A stretch of DNA of 64,000 nt from Rhynchobatus australiae (taxonomy: Eukaryota): assembly GCA_034780895.1 (NCBI GenBank), contig JAUZTB010000064.1, forward strand, positions 101,124,409 to 101,188,408. The letters run 5' to 3'. The notes beneath the pieces were generated by a model. The model worked only from the letters and a program-made list of their open reading frames with translations. It searched no databases and was not told where the DNA came from. Shown in pieces: positions 37,161 to 50,188 of the stretch (its first letter is position 1; each line of letters starts with the position of its first letter). Made by a program: the position numbers and the translations under genes.

Positions 37161-38417
37161 ATTCAATATTGCTCTTTGCTATCGATTTTAATTTCATTTT
37201 TTACCAACAGAGCTGCCACCCCTCCCCCTCTGACCAATTTGAAGCATTCTTTGCCTGTCAGGTGTTCATCAAAATCCTTCCTCACCAACAAAGCAAAATA
37301 TTTGCCTGATGTATTGCACAACTGAGCAATATAAACCCCTTACATTATGAGTACAGTTTGTGATGAGCATGGAAAGAGAGAATGAGAATGGAATCAATGC
37401 AGGAAAGTGTGCAGCTGGTTAAGTGAATTGTTGCATGCTCATTGCATTAGATTATGTTCCATTCTCTTCAGCTAAGGATCAGACTTCAAACTGTTGCTAT
37501 GAATTGTTGGTGTCTCATTTAAGCAACAACTTAAGTATCTAACACGAGTAAAAGTTGCACTATGTATCTAGTAAAGAGTGCTCTACCATTGCTAGATTAT
37601 TTACAACAATATACCAAGAAATCCAGCCCTCAGAGATATTAACTCCTTGGGTTGAGACTAGTTGCTCAGCCATTGACTGTGCCCTGGAGTGTTGCAGACT
37701 TGCCTGAGTGTCAGATTATCCAGTCTACCATGAGGTTGGCTCTTATTTTACCAGCTTACATTATCCTGTGTATCATTTTGCTGCCTCCACTCCCAAGAGA
37801 CTGTTTATCCCTTCCCCCTCACCACCCCACTCCTCCCTAGCTGCCCAAACAAAAATTATGGGCCAGCAAGCTAGTCCTTAGACAACAGATGAAGGTTCTG
37901 AATCCATATCACCATTGTCTTTTGACCTTGAGGTGAGACATGCCACCCCTATCCAAGTGGTTCCAGCAATTCGTAGTGCAGCAGCTGCTCACTGTCCTAT
38001 ATTGAAGACATGCCAAGCCTGAAATATAAGTTCCTTCACTAGAGGTCGCTGTTGAGTTGCGTGTACCGAATCTGAAGCACAGATTGGACATCCCATTGAC
38101 GGATGTCCCCATTTATTTTTGAGGATGTGTAACATCCTTATTCCTATTGAATGCCTATACATATTTCTATCCTATAAAATTTATTATCACTGTGAATTTG
38201 AAGCCTCAAATTTCAGGAAGGAACATTGGCTACAAGTAAAAAATCCTCTTTTGCACTTTTCTCTGAAACTGGCAGGGCTTTGCTTTAGCAGTCATTCTCA
38301 GTTCACTTCTCTTGTCTGATGTGCAACCCAATAGGAAAAGGACATTTCAGTAAAAGCATCTCTTAATTTTAAATTAGTGTTATGTGTCATTAACCACCAC
38401 TTTTTTTTTTATTGCAG

Positions 38418-38444
38418 TTTGAGAATTTGGTGGAGAGTGATGAG
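38418..38444 (+). CDS. AP1AR: AP1AR coding exon 3 (27-nt microexon)
   Basis: poly-T tract + ttgcag acceptor, gtatgt donor; encodes FENLVESDE, identical to human gadkin as recalled. Confidence 0.93.
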
Positions 38445-39457
38445 GTATGTTTACATCAGCTCTATTGGGAAATCTGACAAACTGCATTTATGGCCATCAG
38501 TATGTAACTGTATCACAGTTATGTTCTCAGCAGAATTGAAATCACCATTGAATATCTAATTCTATGATTGAAGCCAGACAANNNNNNNNNNNNNNNNNNN
38601 NNNNNNNNNNNNNNNNNNNNNNNNNNNNNNNNNNNNNNNNNNNNNNNNNNNNNNNNNNNNNNNNNNNNNNNNNNNNNNNNNNNNNNNNNNNNNNNNNNNN
38701 NNNNNNNNNNNNNNNNNNNNNNNNNNNNNNNNNNNNNNNNNNNNNNNNNNNNNNNNNNNNNNNNNNNNNNNNNNNNNNNNNNNNNNNNNNNNNNNNNNNN
38801 NNNNNNNNNNNNNNNNNNNNNNNNNNNNNNNNNNNNNNNNNNNNNNNNNNNNNNNNNNNNNNNNNNNNNNNNNNNNNNNNNNNNNNNNNNNNNNNNNNNN
38901 NNNNNNNNNNNNNNNNNNNNNNNNNNNNNNNNNNNNNNNNNNNNNNNNNNNNNNNNNNNNNNNNNNNNNNNNNNNNNNNNNNNNNNNNNNNNNNNNNNNN
39001 NNNNNNNNNNNNNNNNNNNNNNNNNNNNNNNNNNNNNNNNNNNNNNNNNNNNNNNNNNNNNNNNNNNNNNNNNNNNNNNNNNNNNNNNNNCAAATTTTGG
39101 TATTTGAGAATCAGTAGGATGGTAGAGGAGGGGTGATCCATATTCAGCCTATCTAAGTTTAGGTTCCTAAATAATGGATAAACATTTTGTCTTCAGTTAA
39201 CATAAAATATTCATAAATGAAAATGTTTTCATGCCTTTTAATTTTGACTGAGGCTATCTTACTGAAATGAAAAGAAATCGTACCACAGGCTGCAAGACGA
39301 GGACTTCACAAGCTTTACAGTACTTGGGTTTTTAGGGAGATAAGAAGTCTTTTGTATGTAAGCATTTAAGCTGCTTGCAATAAAAATGACCAATAATTGC
39401 TTAAACGTGAAAATAATTTTTAAAATGTGATTGTTTTCTTGAATGTTATATTTACAG

Positions 39458-39483
39458 ACTGAAAGTCCAGGATCCAACCAGAG
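39458..39483 (+). CDS. AP1AR: AP1AR coding exon 4 (26-nt microexon)
   Basis: tttacag acceptor, gtaagg donor; TESPGSNQ(R) vs human GESPGSSHR; phase 0 to 2. Confidence 0.9.
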
Positions 39484-39954
39484 GTAAGGAATTTGACCTT
39501 TTTTTCGTGCATTAAATGGGTCCTGCATGTAGTGCCAGCGTCCAGTCAGATGGCCCATACAAAAAAAATCTGTTGTGGGCAGGAACTCTGTTTTTAAAAA
39601 AAACATTAGACAGGCTTTTGCCTAGATTTATGTAATAAAACTTTGATTCCTGGCAGCAGCTGTCTGCATATATCACAATTATGTGTTTTCAGGCTAGCCA
39701 CTGAAAAATACATTGGGCTTTGAACAATTTCTATGATAGCCACAGTACATCAGTGTAAAATCCTGTCACAAGGGAACAAGGGAAGGGGTTGATTGGATGG
39801 GTGGGGGAGGAAAGGTTGTAGAGTTTGTGGTGAAGAACTTCATGCACACACAATGTTACAAACATGAACATTTTTTTGTTCTTTGTCTTAACAACTATGG
39901 TGTTTCTGATGTCTGTCAGTCACTACATTCCTTGCTGTTACCATTTTTTTGCAG

Positions 39955-40051
39955 ACCAATTAATGAAGATGAAGTTCAAATCCTTCACAATAGGCAGTAT
40001 GATACACTTACTCAGAAGCAAATGGCAATGGACACACAGCTCCAGTCTGAG
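39955..40051 (+). CDS. AP1AR: AP1AR coding exon 5 (97 nt)
   Basis: ttttgcag acceptor, gtacaa donor; (R)PINEDEVQILHNRQYDTLTQKQMAMDTQLQSE; phase 2 to 0; overlaps ORF 39797..40066. Confidence 0.9.
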
Positions 40052-43000
40052 GTACAATGTGGATAATTTGGTTTGCTCTTTGGAGTGTTAAAATGTTTAT
40101 AAATTTGCTGGGTTTCAAAATACTTATGTCAAAAATTGTATTAGAACCTACAGTGAGCTGTTCCATTTTGTAATGGAATCTGTATATTTAGTCCACAAGT
40201 AGTAATATAAAAACAGAAGTGTCCTGTAAGATCTTGTGCAATATTCCACTCTTCCATTTTTCTATTCAGTTTGTTTTCAACCTTAAAACCAAGAAACATT
40301 GGATTTATTTTGTATAAAAAAACAGTATATAAGACACAATAAGTTCTACTTTTAGAGAACAAATGCCTCTGCATTAATTTGTCAGCTGAGTGGGCAACTG
40401 CATGTACTTTTTAGCATCAACCCATTCTAAAATTGACAGAAAAATATCTACTGTGGGTGAGAGACTAATTTTTGTTGTGTCATACATGAGATGTTATTCC
40501 TATTTTGTTTGGTGGTTGAGACTTGAAGTACCATTTGCCACGTACTACTAATTTCTGGTGTAATATAATGTAATAGTTCAAAAGCTAATTAGTTTTAAAT
40601 TGCAGAAACCTTCACTATGATTTAATTTTTTTTAATAAAACCTTTTGTGGATTACAAGAGCATGATTTATTCTTGAGCATAATCCCATATTACTAATTCC
40701 TATTGTGACAAATTTTGGAAATGATTTTATTGACCCATTTTTCATAATGTGTGTAAGCTTAAGGTATTTGAATATACTTGGCTTGGGGAGCAGTTGTAAT
40801 CTGAAAAGATGGGAGTTGAAGCATTGTGCATGGAGTTTCCATATTCCATTTAGCGATTTATTTCTCTTAAACAGGAATTTGAAATCCATTAGAAATTCAT
40901 AGAAAATTCCAGTAAACCAAATTTTAGTTGATTTATCTTCTGCGAATATTGTGTTCAGTACATTCTCTCAAATTTGGACAATGTGGTATTCTATCTCTTG
41001 TTCCAGTTGAAATGAGCAGGTTGAAGTACTGAGCAAGGTGACCCTGGCATCACAGATGAAACAGCAGAGTTTCCTGAATCAATCCTGAATCAATCACAAA
41101 TATAACTGAAGTATTGATGAAAGTCGCAAATTGGGTGACCTAGCAAATTCCAAGCATTATCCTTTCATCTCTTGAATATAAATTTAGACTAGCATGGTTG
41201 CCAGAAGTATATTTTTCTGCCATTGCACTTTGCACCACTTTTTTTTAAAAAAGTAGGAAAGTATTTCCTAAGTACTCTGAGTGTCTGCCTAAAATCCTTC
41301 ACTAGGCACCAGCCTAGAGAAGGACATGGACTCTACTGCAATTCAACTGTGGTGTACTTGAGTTTGAGGCTTATGGGTATGAGTCCAGGCTAGATTGTCC
41401 TGTGACATAACATTTTTTTATCCTATGTTTTCTTTATAACTGTTAATATTTCTTCAGAGTTAAACAGTTTAATTTCAATCAATGTTAGATGAATTGAACC
41501 ATGTTATTGGAAGATGCAGTATATGTTTTGCATCAACCATAAGTAATGGGAAAAGAAAGAAATACCATTTTGCTTCTCTAATATTTCATTGTCCCCAAAA
41601 ATCAGTTTGTACTTTTAGAAGTCTGTTAAAATATGAATGTAAAATTCCAAAGAACTTCCAGAATCTTGTCATGTAAGCAAATCTTAATGTAAGACAATTA
41701 CAGCCAAATAATTTTAAGTAAATAAAGAGATTCAATTATATAAGATGTGACAAAAACATCCCCGATTCACATTTTTGGGGACTGCTCCAACTGCTGATTA
41801 TAAAATAATTTGAAAGCATGGATCAGAGTTCTACAGCTGTTTCTTGGCATATCCATGGTACATTTTATTTTTCAGAAGGCTAAGGTTATCAGAGCAAGGA
41901 GCTTCGTGCTTCTCTGTTCACCTCATTCCTCTGGATTACACGTGTTAAATATAGAAACATGTGATTGACTGCTGTCTGGTATCTCCTATTTAGTTAGGTT
42001 GTGATGAGTGCCACAGTGGGAAATTGGGCACATTGGCCCTCCTGTTGATCAACTAGCAAGTTGCCCCCAGGATCATCTTTTGAAATTAGTAGAGTGATTG
42101 AAGTTAAAATGACCGTATATAATCTAGAAATATGCAGGATGTTATTTAGTTTTACATTTAAATACTATTTTATAGGTTCTAACATGTATATTGGCAGTTC
42201 CTCATTTGGGATAATGATGCTAGAAGGCAGGCCAGTGTGATTAAGAGTGTGTTAGCCAATGCCATCATGAGTGATACTGGAATTTAAAGTGAATGTTGTT
42301 TTACTATTCTCTTTTCCTGACAAATTTGAGTGCGACTGACTTGCTGAACAACAGCTGGAGAAAGTAGAGCTAATTCAGTCACCTTTTAAAGCAGTGTATT
42401 CAAGGACAAATATGTTTAATTGCTGTTGTGTAAAGAACAAACAAAATACCAAGTTGCACACTGAATGAGGAAAATATTTCAAAATAAAGTTGATGATAGT
42501 GTACGGGAAGTGGTTTGCCCCATCTGGAGTTCTGTAAAGTTTTGCCTGAACCATGGAAAGGATGTGACTTTGAGAGGGTGCAACATTAAAAAAAAATTGA
42601 GGCTAAAATTTAATCTGTTTTATAAGAGTGGTTGCAAAAGCTTTTTTTTAACCCTGCATTGTAAAAATGACTCAAATGATCAAAAAGGTTCCTGAATCCC
42701 AGAAGCGACTAATATTAAATTGATCCAAACTGTCAACTCTTGTCTTTAGAATTTAAAAAAAATTGACAAAAGCAATTAGGATACTAGAAATAAATAAGGT
42801 GTTTAGGAAGAACTATTTCACAAAAATGGGAATAGATACTTGAAATAAGTGCAAAGGAAGTCCATTGAAACAAATAATAGGAATGCAACATATTTTATTG
42901 AAATTCGAACACACAACCTTTTTAATTTCAACATTCCATGATTGAAGATGGACATTTCCTGGAGTGAAACATGGTAACAGTTTCCATGTTTGATGTGCAC

Positions 43001-43638
43001 CAAAAGGTGTCTTCCCCCTTGCAGAGTTCCTTTTGGAGCACTGAGGGAGAATTGGGCAATGTGGTTATGAGGAGTGCTAATCACTGGTCATTCACAATAC
43101 AACTAGTGCTATGCTGGACTGGAACCGCACCAAGGTAAATCCTATTATTTATTTTTATCATTTGCACCACTTGGCTGCTCTAATTATTACCCATCCTGAC
43201 GACTTTCTCCACCCCCCCCCCCCCCCCCATCTCCCCTGGCCTTGATCTGCCATTAGCTAAGCTGTCCGCCAGTCCCTCCAGGCTCGTGATCAAAATTTCC
43301 CCTACCCCAAGGTTCCAACAGCCTTCTTTCTCTCCCCTCATGCACCCAGTCTTTGACCTTTTCCCTAAGCTGCCAGCATCTTGTATCTGATCCTTTGGTA
43401 CTCTTTCTGCACCCCCATGTTCTTGTATATAAAAAAAGTTGTGTATTTGTGCATTATGGATTGACATGAGCCATATTTCACCAATATTTTAGANNNNNNN
43501 NNNNNNNNNNNNNNNNNNNNNNNNNNNNNNNNNNNNNNNNNNNNNNNNNNNNNNNNNNNNNNNNNNNNNNNNNNNNNNNNNNNNNNNNNNNNNNNNNNNN
43601 NNNNNNNNNNNNNNNNNNNNNNNNNNNNNNNNNNNNNN

Positions 43639-43878
43639 GTGAGGTGTCAGGGATGGTCCAAGTGAATTGGAGAACCAGGTGAAAGTTAATGGCAAAATTT
43701 ATGAAACTGTCGAGTTCCGTACGGGTACAAGAGGTGGCACCAATGCAGTCGTCGATATAGCGGAGATAGAGTTGTGGAATGGGGCCAGAGTAGCTTGTAA
43801 CAGAGACTGTTCAATATAGCCAATGAAGAGGCAGGCATAGCTGGGACCCATGCGAGAACCCATAGCTATGCCCTTGGT
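43639..43878 (-). mobile_element. Penelope-like element RT fragment
   Basis: Minus strand reads KGIAMGSRMGPSYACLFIGYIEQSL, the Penelope RT GxAMG motif. Confidence 0.75.
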
Positions 43879-43879
43879 C

Positions 43880-44110
43880 TATATACTGTGCTGTACTGTG
43901 CTATGTTCTAATAAGGTGCAAGGTTATAACAAAATATATTGCGAGGTCAAGAGTCAATCTTTTCGTATGAAGGAACCGTGCAATAGTCTTATTACAGCAG
44001 GAAAGAAGCTGTCCTTGAGCCTAGTAGTACATACTTTCAGGATTTTGTAGCTTTTGCCTGATGGGAGAGGGGAGAAGAGGGAATGTCCAGGGTGGGTGGG
44101 GTCTTTGATT
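43880..44110 (-). mobile_element. Rex1/Babar 3' fragment
   Basis: IKDPTHPGHSLFSPLPSGK...RLKDSFFPAVIRLL in ORF 43954..44232. Confidence 0.8.
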
Positions 44111-44382
44111 NNNNNNNNNNNNNNNNNNNNNNNNNNNNNNNNNNNNNNNNNNNNNNNNNNNNNNNNNNNNNNNNNNNNNNNNNNNNNNNNNNNNNNNNNN
44201 NNNNNNNNNNCTGCCACCCCCCCCACCCCCAATTTATTACAATGTCCTTTTCCTTCACTTTAATTTCTGGTTAAGTTATGTATTTTGTGTTGTATTTATA
44301 CTGCTGCTCAAAGTGCTTGTAATATTTTTTTCTAGAGAGGTTTATCATTTTGTTAACCCCTTTTTATTTCATTCATATGCAG

Positions 44383-44481
44383 TTAGCTGCACAAGAGGAA
44401 CAGTTAAGGATAGAAGAAGAAGCATTTTATGCTGCACAACGTGAAGCAGCCAGGGCAGCAAAGCAGAGAAAGCTTTTGGAG
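44383..44481 (+). CDS. AP1AR: AP1AR coding exon 6 (99 nt, coiled-coil region)
   Basis: atgcag acceptor, gtgagg donor; LAAQEEQLRIEEEAFYAAQREAARAAKQRKLLE closely matches human LALQEEKLRLEEEALYAAQREAARAAKQRKLLE. Confidence 0.95.
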
Positions 44482-47400
44482 GTGAGGGCATGAAGCCCCT
44501 ATTTGGTTTCTCAGCTGAAAAAGCCTTTATCCATATCTTGTTGATGGACCATATTTAATACATCTGCACTTTACAATAAGCTTTTAAAGTGATCAAAGAT
44601 CTCATCTTGTTCAGATTGCACCGGAAAGATATTGGCTGTGCTCATTTCTAATTACTGTTTACAACTCCAAAGCTACAAAACCTGCTTTCTTTATAGTAGA
44701 TCATCACCGTGCATTTAATTGAGCAGATGTGGTAATCAAACAGAGCAGCAAAATTTGTTTCTACATAACTGCAGTTTGATGAATGAAATGTAGAATAGCA
44801 TTAATTTGGATTTGTCAGTATGACTATTTTCAGTTATTATTCATCCCATTTTTATTTGTATTTAACAATGATCTTTCAGCTCCTACTCATTAATGACACA
44901 AACATTTCACTGACATTCCATCATTACTGACCAGTGTTTGAAGAACACAACCAGGCAACCACTACTGAACAGATACAGAAGTGATGATATAATTATGCTG
45001 CTCTAATTATTATTTAGTGTTTTGCTGCAGATCCCACTCTAAGCCACTGAAGATTTCTGCCAACCTAACTACAATTCTTATTTCATAATCTCAACACTGG
45101 CTGTAATCAATACCAACCAGTTCTCCCAGTTATGATCCAAATGCAGTAGAATGTACCCACCTTTTGCTTCAACTTGAATTCTAGTCCTTTGAATTTGATT
45201 ACAACTTTAATTTTAATCCAACTTTAACAAGGTTGGCTACGTTCTTTCTACTGAGTGCTGATCATAACACTGGAAGAATTGGTCTGTGGGTTACAGTTGA
45301 TGTCAGAATTATCAATTAAAAATTGTAGTTAAGATGGCAGACATCTTAAGTGACAAAGTGGCTTCTGCAGTAAAACATTAAATTACGTTTAGAGCAGCAC
45401 AAATACACAATCATTTTTCTATCGGTTCAATAGTACAGGTCCACACTTGTGTTCTTCAAACACTCCAATCATTGGTGGAATGTCAGCAAAATTTTTGTGT
45501 CATTGTCTGTTACTACTTGATTACAGTGAAATCTGATACAAAATGAAAGCAACCATATATACATCTGCATCACTAAGGAACTTTTAAGCTGTGTGGCCTA
45601 GAAATTCAATCACCCTGCTCATGTTTTTCAACTGTATGGAGCTGAGTTGCAGGTTAAAATTGTAGCACTCCTCGCATGATGAAATATTCAGTGTGATTTT
45701 GTGCATGCAGTGGTGATATCAGTCATCTGCACAGTCCACGTAATGTTGATTCATCTATACGCAGTTAACGTGCATTGTGGCCATGCATAGGATATTGAAT
45801 ATCCCTATAATAGGAAGAACCCCATCACCTGAGCTAGTTAAAGGGCCCATCATTTAAATGGTAGTTAGTCAGACCAGAATTTGTTGGAGTCAGCAGCACT
45901 AAATTTTGGAGCAAGATTGCTTCTGGAAACTTCAGAACCTTTCAGTGAAAACTTTTTTTTAATTGAGTGACTACAAAATAAAGGTAGTCATATAAAAATA
46001 ATCAAAAACAAATAACAGTTCAACATTCATTCAAGGAATGCATATCAACCTTTGATGCCAGTTTTAGACTGACATCATCTTGTAATGAGGAACGCAGCAT
46101 TTTATCTGTTGTGGTGAACTCTTGAAAACAACATTATGTGCAACAAAAAAGGTTGAATCATGTCATCTGGACTTCGNNNNNNNNNNNNNNNNNNNNNNNN
46201 NNNNNNNNNNNNNNNNNNNNNNNNNNNNNNNNNNNNNNNNNNNNNNNNNNNNNNNNNNNNNNNNNNNNNNNNNNNNCCCATGAAGGGGAAAGGTATACTT
46301 CAGTGTTGGTCCAGCTGAACCACCTGCAAGACCAAAAGCAGGAGTGGATCCAAAATCAAGAGTTTCTTCACAGTGAAAATCAGAGGAGGAGCAGAAGGCC
46401 TGGTGGGTCTATTCTGAGTCTCAGGGAGCCTTACTCTGGCATCTATCTATCTGTGTAGCAAGACAGCTGGAGGCTAAAATTTTCAAAGGCATTGGTGACA
46501 AGATCTGCCACCTGCGGGCTAAACTACTCGGCCTGGACAATTCTGCTTGTCAAGATGAAGATCATTGCTCTAAAAATGCTGAAGAAGCTTGGTCTCCTTC
46601 GGTAGTAATTAGCTCTGACCCAATCTGAGCATTCGTAGCAGTCCACCATTTACCCAGTGCCCACACTGTGCACCAAATAAATGGCAGCAATTTGTTGATA
46701 CTTCCTCCCTATCAGAAGGAAAATCTTTGCCTTGAACCATCCAGAAAAACCAGGGCAACTGTCTCCTTTGGTTTTCCAACACCTGCAAAGGAGACCCCAA
46801 GTCGCATACCATCCTTTGTTGAACAAATTTTCAATTTGATCAGTCATTCACTGTTTGAGTTGTCCCACAATGTTGTTGGAGTTCTCTCACCACAAGTGCC
46901 ATAGCTGGTCAGGATGTTGCCTCTTCACTTTGGTGCCAGTGAGGGATGCTAAATAAATGGTGTATTTTGTAGCAAACTTGTCTTTGCCTGTCCTTCTGCT
47001 TCACCGTACAACTCCGGTGTCTACAGCCAAGCTGTTGGATGTTTGCTCACTTGCAATGGAGGAAGTCACCGTGGCCATTAGGGACAACCCTGAGAGAACA
47101 ATCAAGTGGGTCACCTTGTCCTGGATGGTGTTGAGCTACATGCAAGTTGTTGGTCCAGGCTAATGGAGAGTATCCCATTAACTCCTGATCTGTGCCTTGT
47201 ACATGGTAGGAGGACTTTGGGGTTTGATGTGAGCTACCCATGCAGGATACTCTACTTCTGACCTGACCTGCCCTTGTAACTCCAATTATGGCTACTTCAA
47301 TTGTTTCTGGTCATTGATGACCCCCTGGATGTTGATCCTGTGGGGACTCGGCAGTGATAATGTTCTTGCAAGTTGGGTGACTTCAGATCTTTTGCCCTTT

Positions 47401-50123
47401 GAGTAATCATTGTTTGGCACTTCTGTGGCACCAATATTACTTGCTACTTAGCAGCAAGACAATATTCAGGCATGGGCTGCTGCATTTGCAGACAAATTGC
47501 AAGGGGAATGGAACACCGCCACTTCTTGCAGAAAGCAGCTGAAGGGCCTTCCCTGAGTTGCATTCTGGAGCTGGGTTGTTTGATCTCTGACAACCACAAC
47601 CGACTTCGTTTTTGTATATGATGCCACACTTAATCAAATGTTGCTTTCATGTTAAGCGCTGTCACTCTTAGCTCTGCAATTCATCTCTTTGGTTCATTTT
47701 CGTACTAACCCCGTGAAGTCCAGAGCTCACTGTTGCTGGTGAAACCCAAACTGGGTATTGGTGAGCAGGTTAATGGTAAATAATTGCCACTTGATAGCAC
47801 TGTCAATAATACTTTTGATTAAGAGTAGACTGATTTGGCAGTAATTAGCCAAAGTAGATTTGTCCTGTTTTCTGTGTATAGGACATAACTGGGTAATTTT
47901 CAACATATCTGGTTAGATAGCAGTGTTGTAACAGTACTGGAACAGTTTGGCTGGAGACTTGGCCCGTTCTGGAGTGCAAGTCCTCAGTACTGCGCATGGA
48001 TGTTGTCTGGTGTTCCATTGTTTCTGCTGCATCGAGTGCACTCAGCAGTTTCTTGATATCACATGCAGTGAATCAGACTGGTTGTCTGAGTTTCTGTGAT
48101 GGTGGGACTCTCAAGAGGAAGTGGAGCTGAATCATCCACTCCACATGTCAGGCTGAACATGGTTGCACAGGCTTCATCTTTAAGCAATCGATGGGTGAGA
48201 ACAAAGATGTTTCATAACCAATTGGTGTCACCGATCAACACCTCCACTTTAAGATACTGACATGAATTAGCCCAGGATAGTTCCACTGGTGGACAGAATT
48301 CCTCACGTTTCTTGCGGTTTGTGGAGTCCTTGGGAAACCATTGATTGCCACCTCTTATGTGCACAGAATTATGTGATGTGTGCACGTGAAAATCTAGTAT
48401 AAATAGAACCTGAAAAAGTTGGCACAAGTCCCACACCCAGCTTCATTTTATTGCATGTTTTCATATGTGAGCGAATTTCTAGGCCTCTGTCCAAATCACT
48501 TAAGAGAATATATTAGAAGTTTGAAAACCTGCAAAGAATTAAATGCACTTGAAGGAGAGAAGAGAAAAGAACTGAACTTCCAAAGAGAAACTGCTTTCAA
48601 CAAATTAAATCCAGACCCTGTCTGGTTCTTCTCTTGCTTATCTATATGGAGTCAACAGAATCTTCAAGTGCTTCTCTTCCCACTTCTTCTGCTCCACTGA
48701 TTCTTTAATGCTCCCAAAGATCTAACAGGGCTTTCTCCTTTGTGCCTGCTGCTACTCACTGACAAACCAAATGACAAGATCTGAGCTGAGATGTACAATA
48801 TGACTCCTATCTCGCTACTTTTATCGCCTTTGTTGTCAAAATCCCTGTCTGACATCCAGTCCCAGTTGTGCCACACGTTTCTCCATTAATACAATGAACA
48901 GATCAAAGACGTATTGTTTGTGACTTCCATCTCAAACCATTCCCTCACTACCAGTTTTATCCCATCCCCTGCATATTTTTCTTTGTTTGGCTGAATCAGA
49001 CTCTTTCATCATGACCCTGAACTGAGCTTTACTGCTGTCATTAAGGTGGTTGTCTTCCCCTGCCTCTAACTGCAGCAATTTATGTATGCTAGAACCCTCA
49101 TCCATGCTTGTGTTACTTCCATACTATTCCAATGTTGTTTCTGTTGGTTTTTGCCATAAGTTGCAGATTTTCTGCCATCTATATCTTGCCTGTCATTGTC
49201 TTGCTCACCTATTATCCTCTGATATTTTGTCCTTAAATCTGTAATACTGTAAGTCATTGTTGATAATAAATTAGACAGATGTTGCATACTGTAATATGAG
49301 TGGAATTACAACTATTTAGCGTATAAAGAATGTTTGTATAATTAGTTCTGATTTACATTGGCACCCAGTATCCCAAAGGCTTTCATCTTTGTGTTCAAAT
49401 CCCTTCGTGGCTTTGCCTCTCCTTGTGACATGCTCCAAGCCTACAACCATCCATGAACTGTGCCTTCCTTTTAATTCTGGCCTTTTGTGTGCCTTCCACT
49501 CCTTTTACCGCTTTACAACAGCCATTCCTTTAACCTTGTGGGTCCTAAGGTCCAGAACACTTTTTTTTAATAAACCTTTCTACCTCTTTCTCCTAAGATC
49601 CTTAAACTGTGCACTCTAACAACTTACTGACCACTTTTCTCACTGTTTGGCTGAGTGTCAATGTTTTTGATTATATTGCAAGTCAAAATTCAATAACTAC
49701 TAAAATCATAAAGTTTTACTTCTATTTATTCTTCTGCCAATTATACATAAAGCTGCCATTTTTCTGTATTTTATGAGTGGAAGTATTTGGAGCTACAGAT
49801 ACTTAAAATAGTCATAAAGCAGTACTATGCAGGAAGAGAAAGGCAAGATTAGATTAGGTTTAGGCTAATTCTGTGAAGAATTACTTAGTATGTTCATTCT
49901 AAAGTGCAATATGAAAATGATTTTGTTTTGAAACTATTCAGATTTCTAGACTTCTTGTGCCCTTTACAGTTGTCTAATATTTAATCTATTCTAAATAACT
50001 GATTGGCAGAATCACAAAACTATTGCATAGTTTTATTTTCTCCCTCTGGTTTCTGCTTTGCAAATCAAGATATAGCATTCTATATGCAAAGATGATGCAC
50101 TAATCAATCTCTGTGTTTTATAG

Positions 50124-50188
50124 CAACAAAGGCTACAAAAAATGAAGCAAAAGACCAAGTCTGCTGCAACTCCCGACCAGCAAAAAGG
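50124..50188 (+). CDS. AP1AR: AP1AR coding exon 7 (65 nt)
   Basis: ttttatag acceptor, gtgaga donor; QQRLQKMKQKTKSAATPDQQK(G); phase 0 to 2; weaker similarity to human QERQRIVQQ. Confidence 0.75.
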
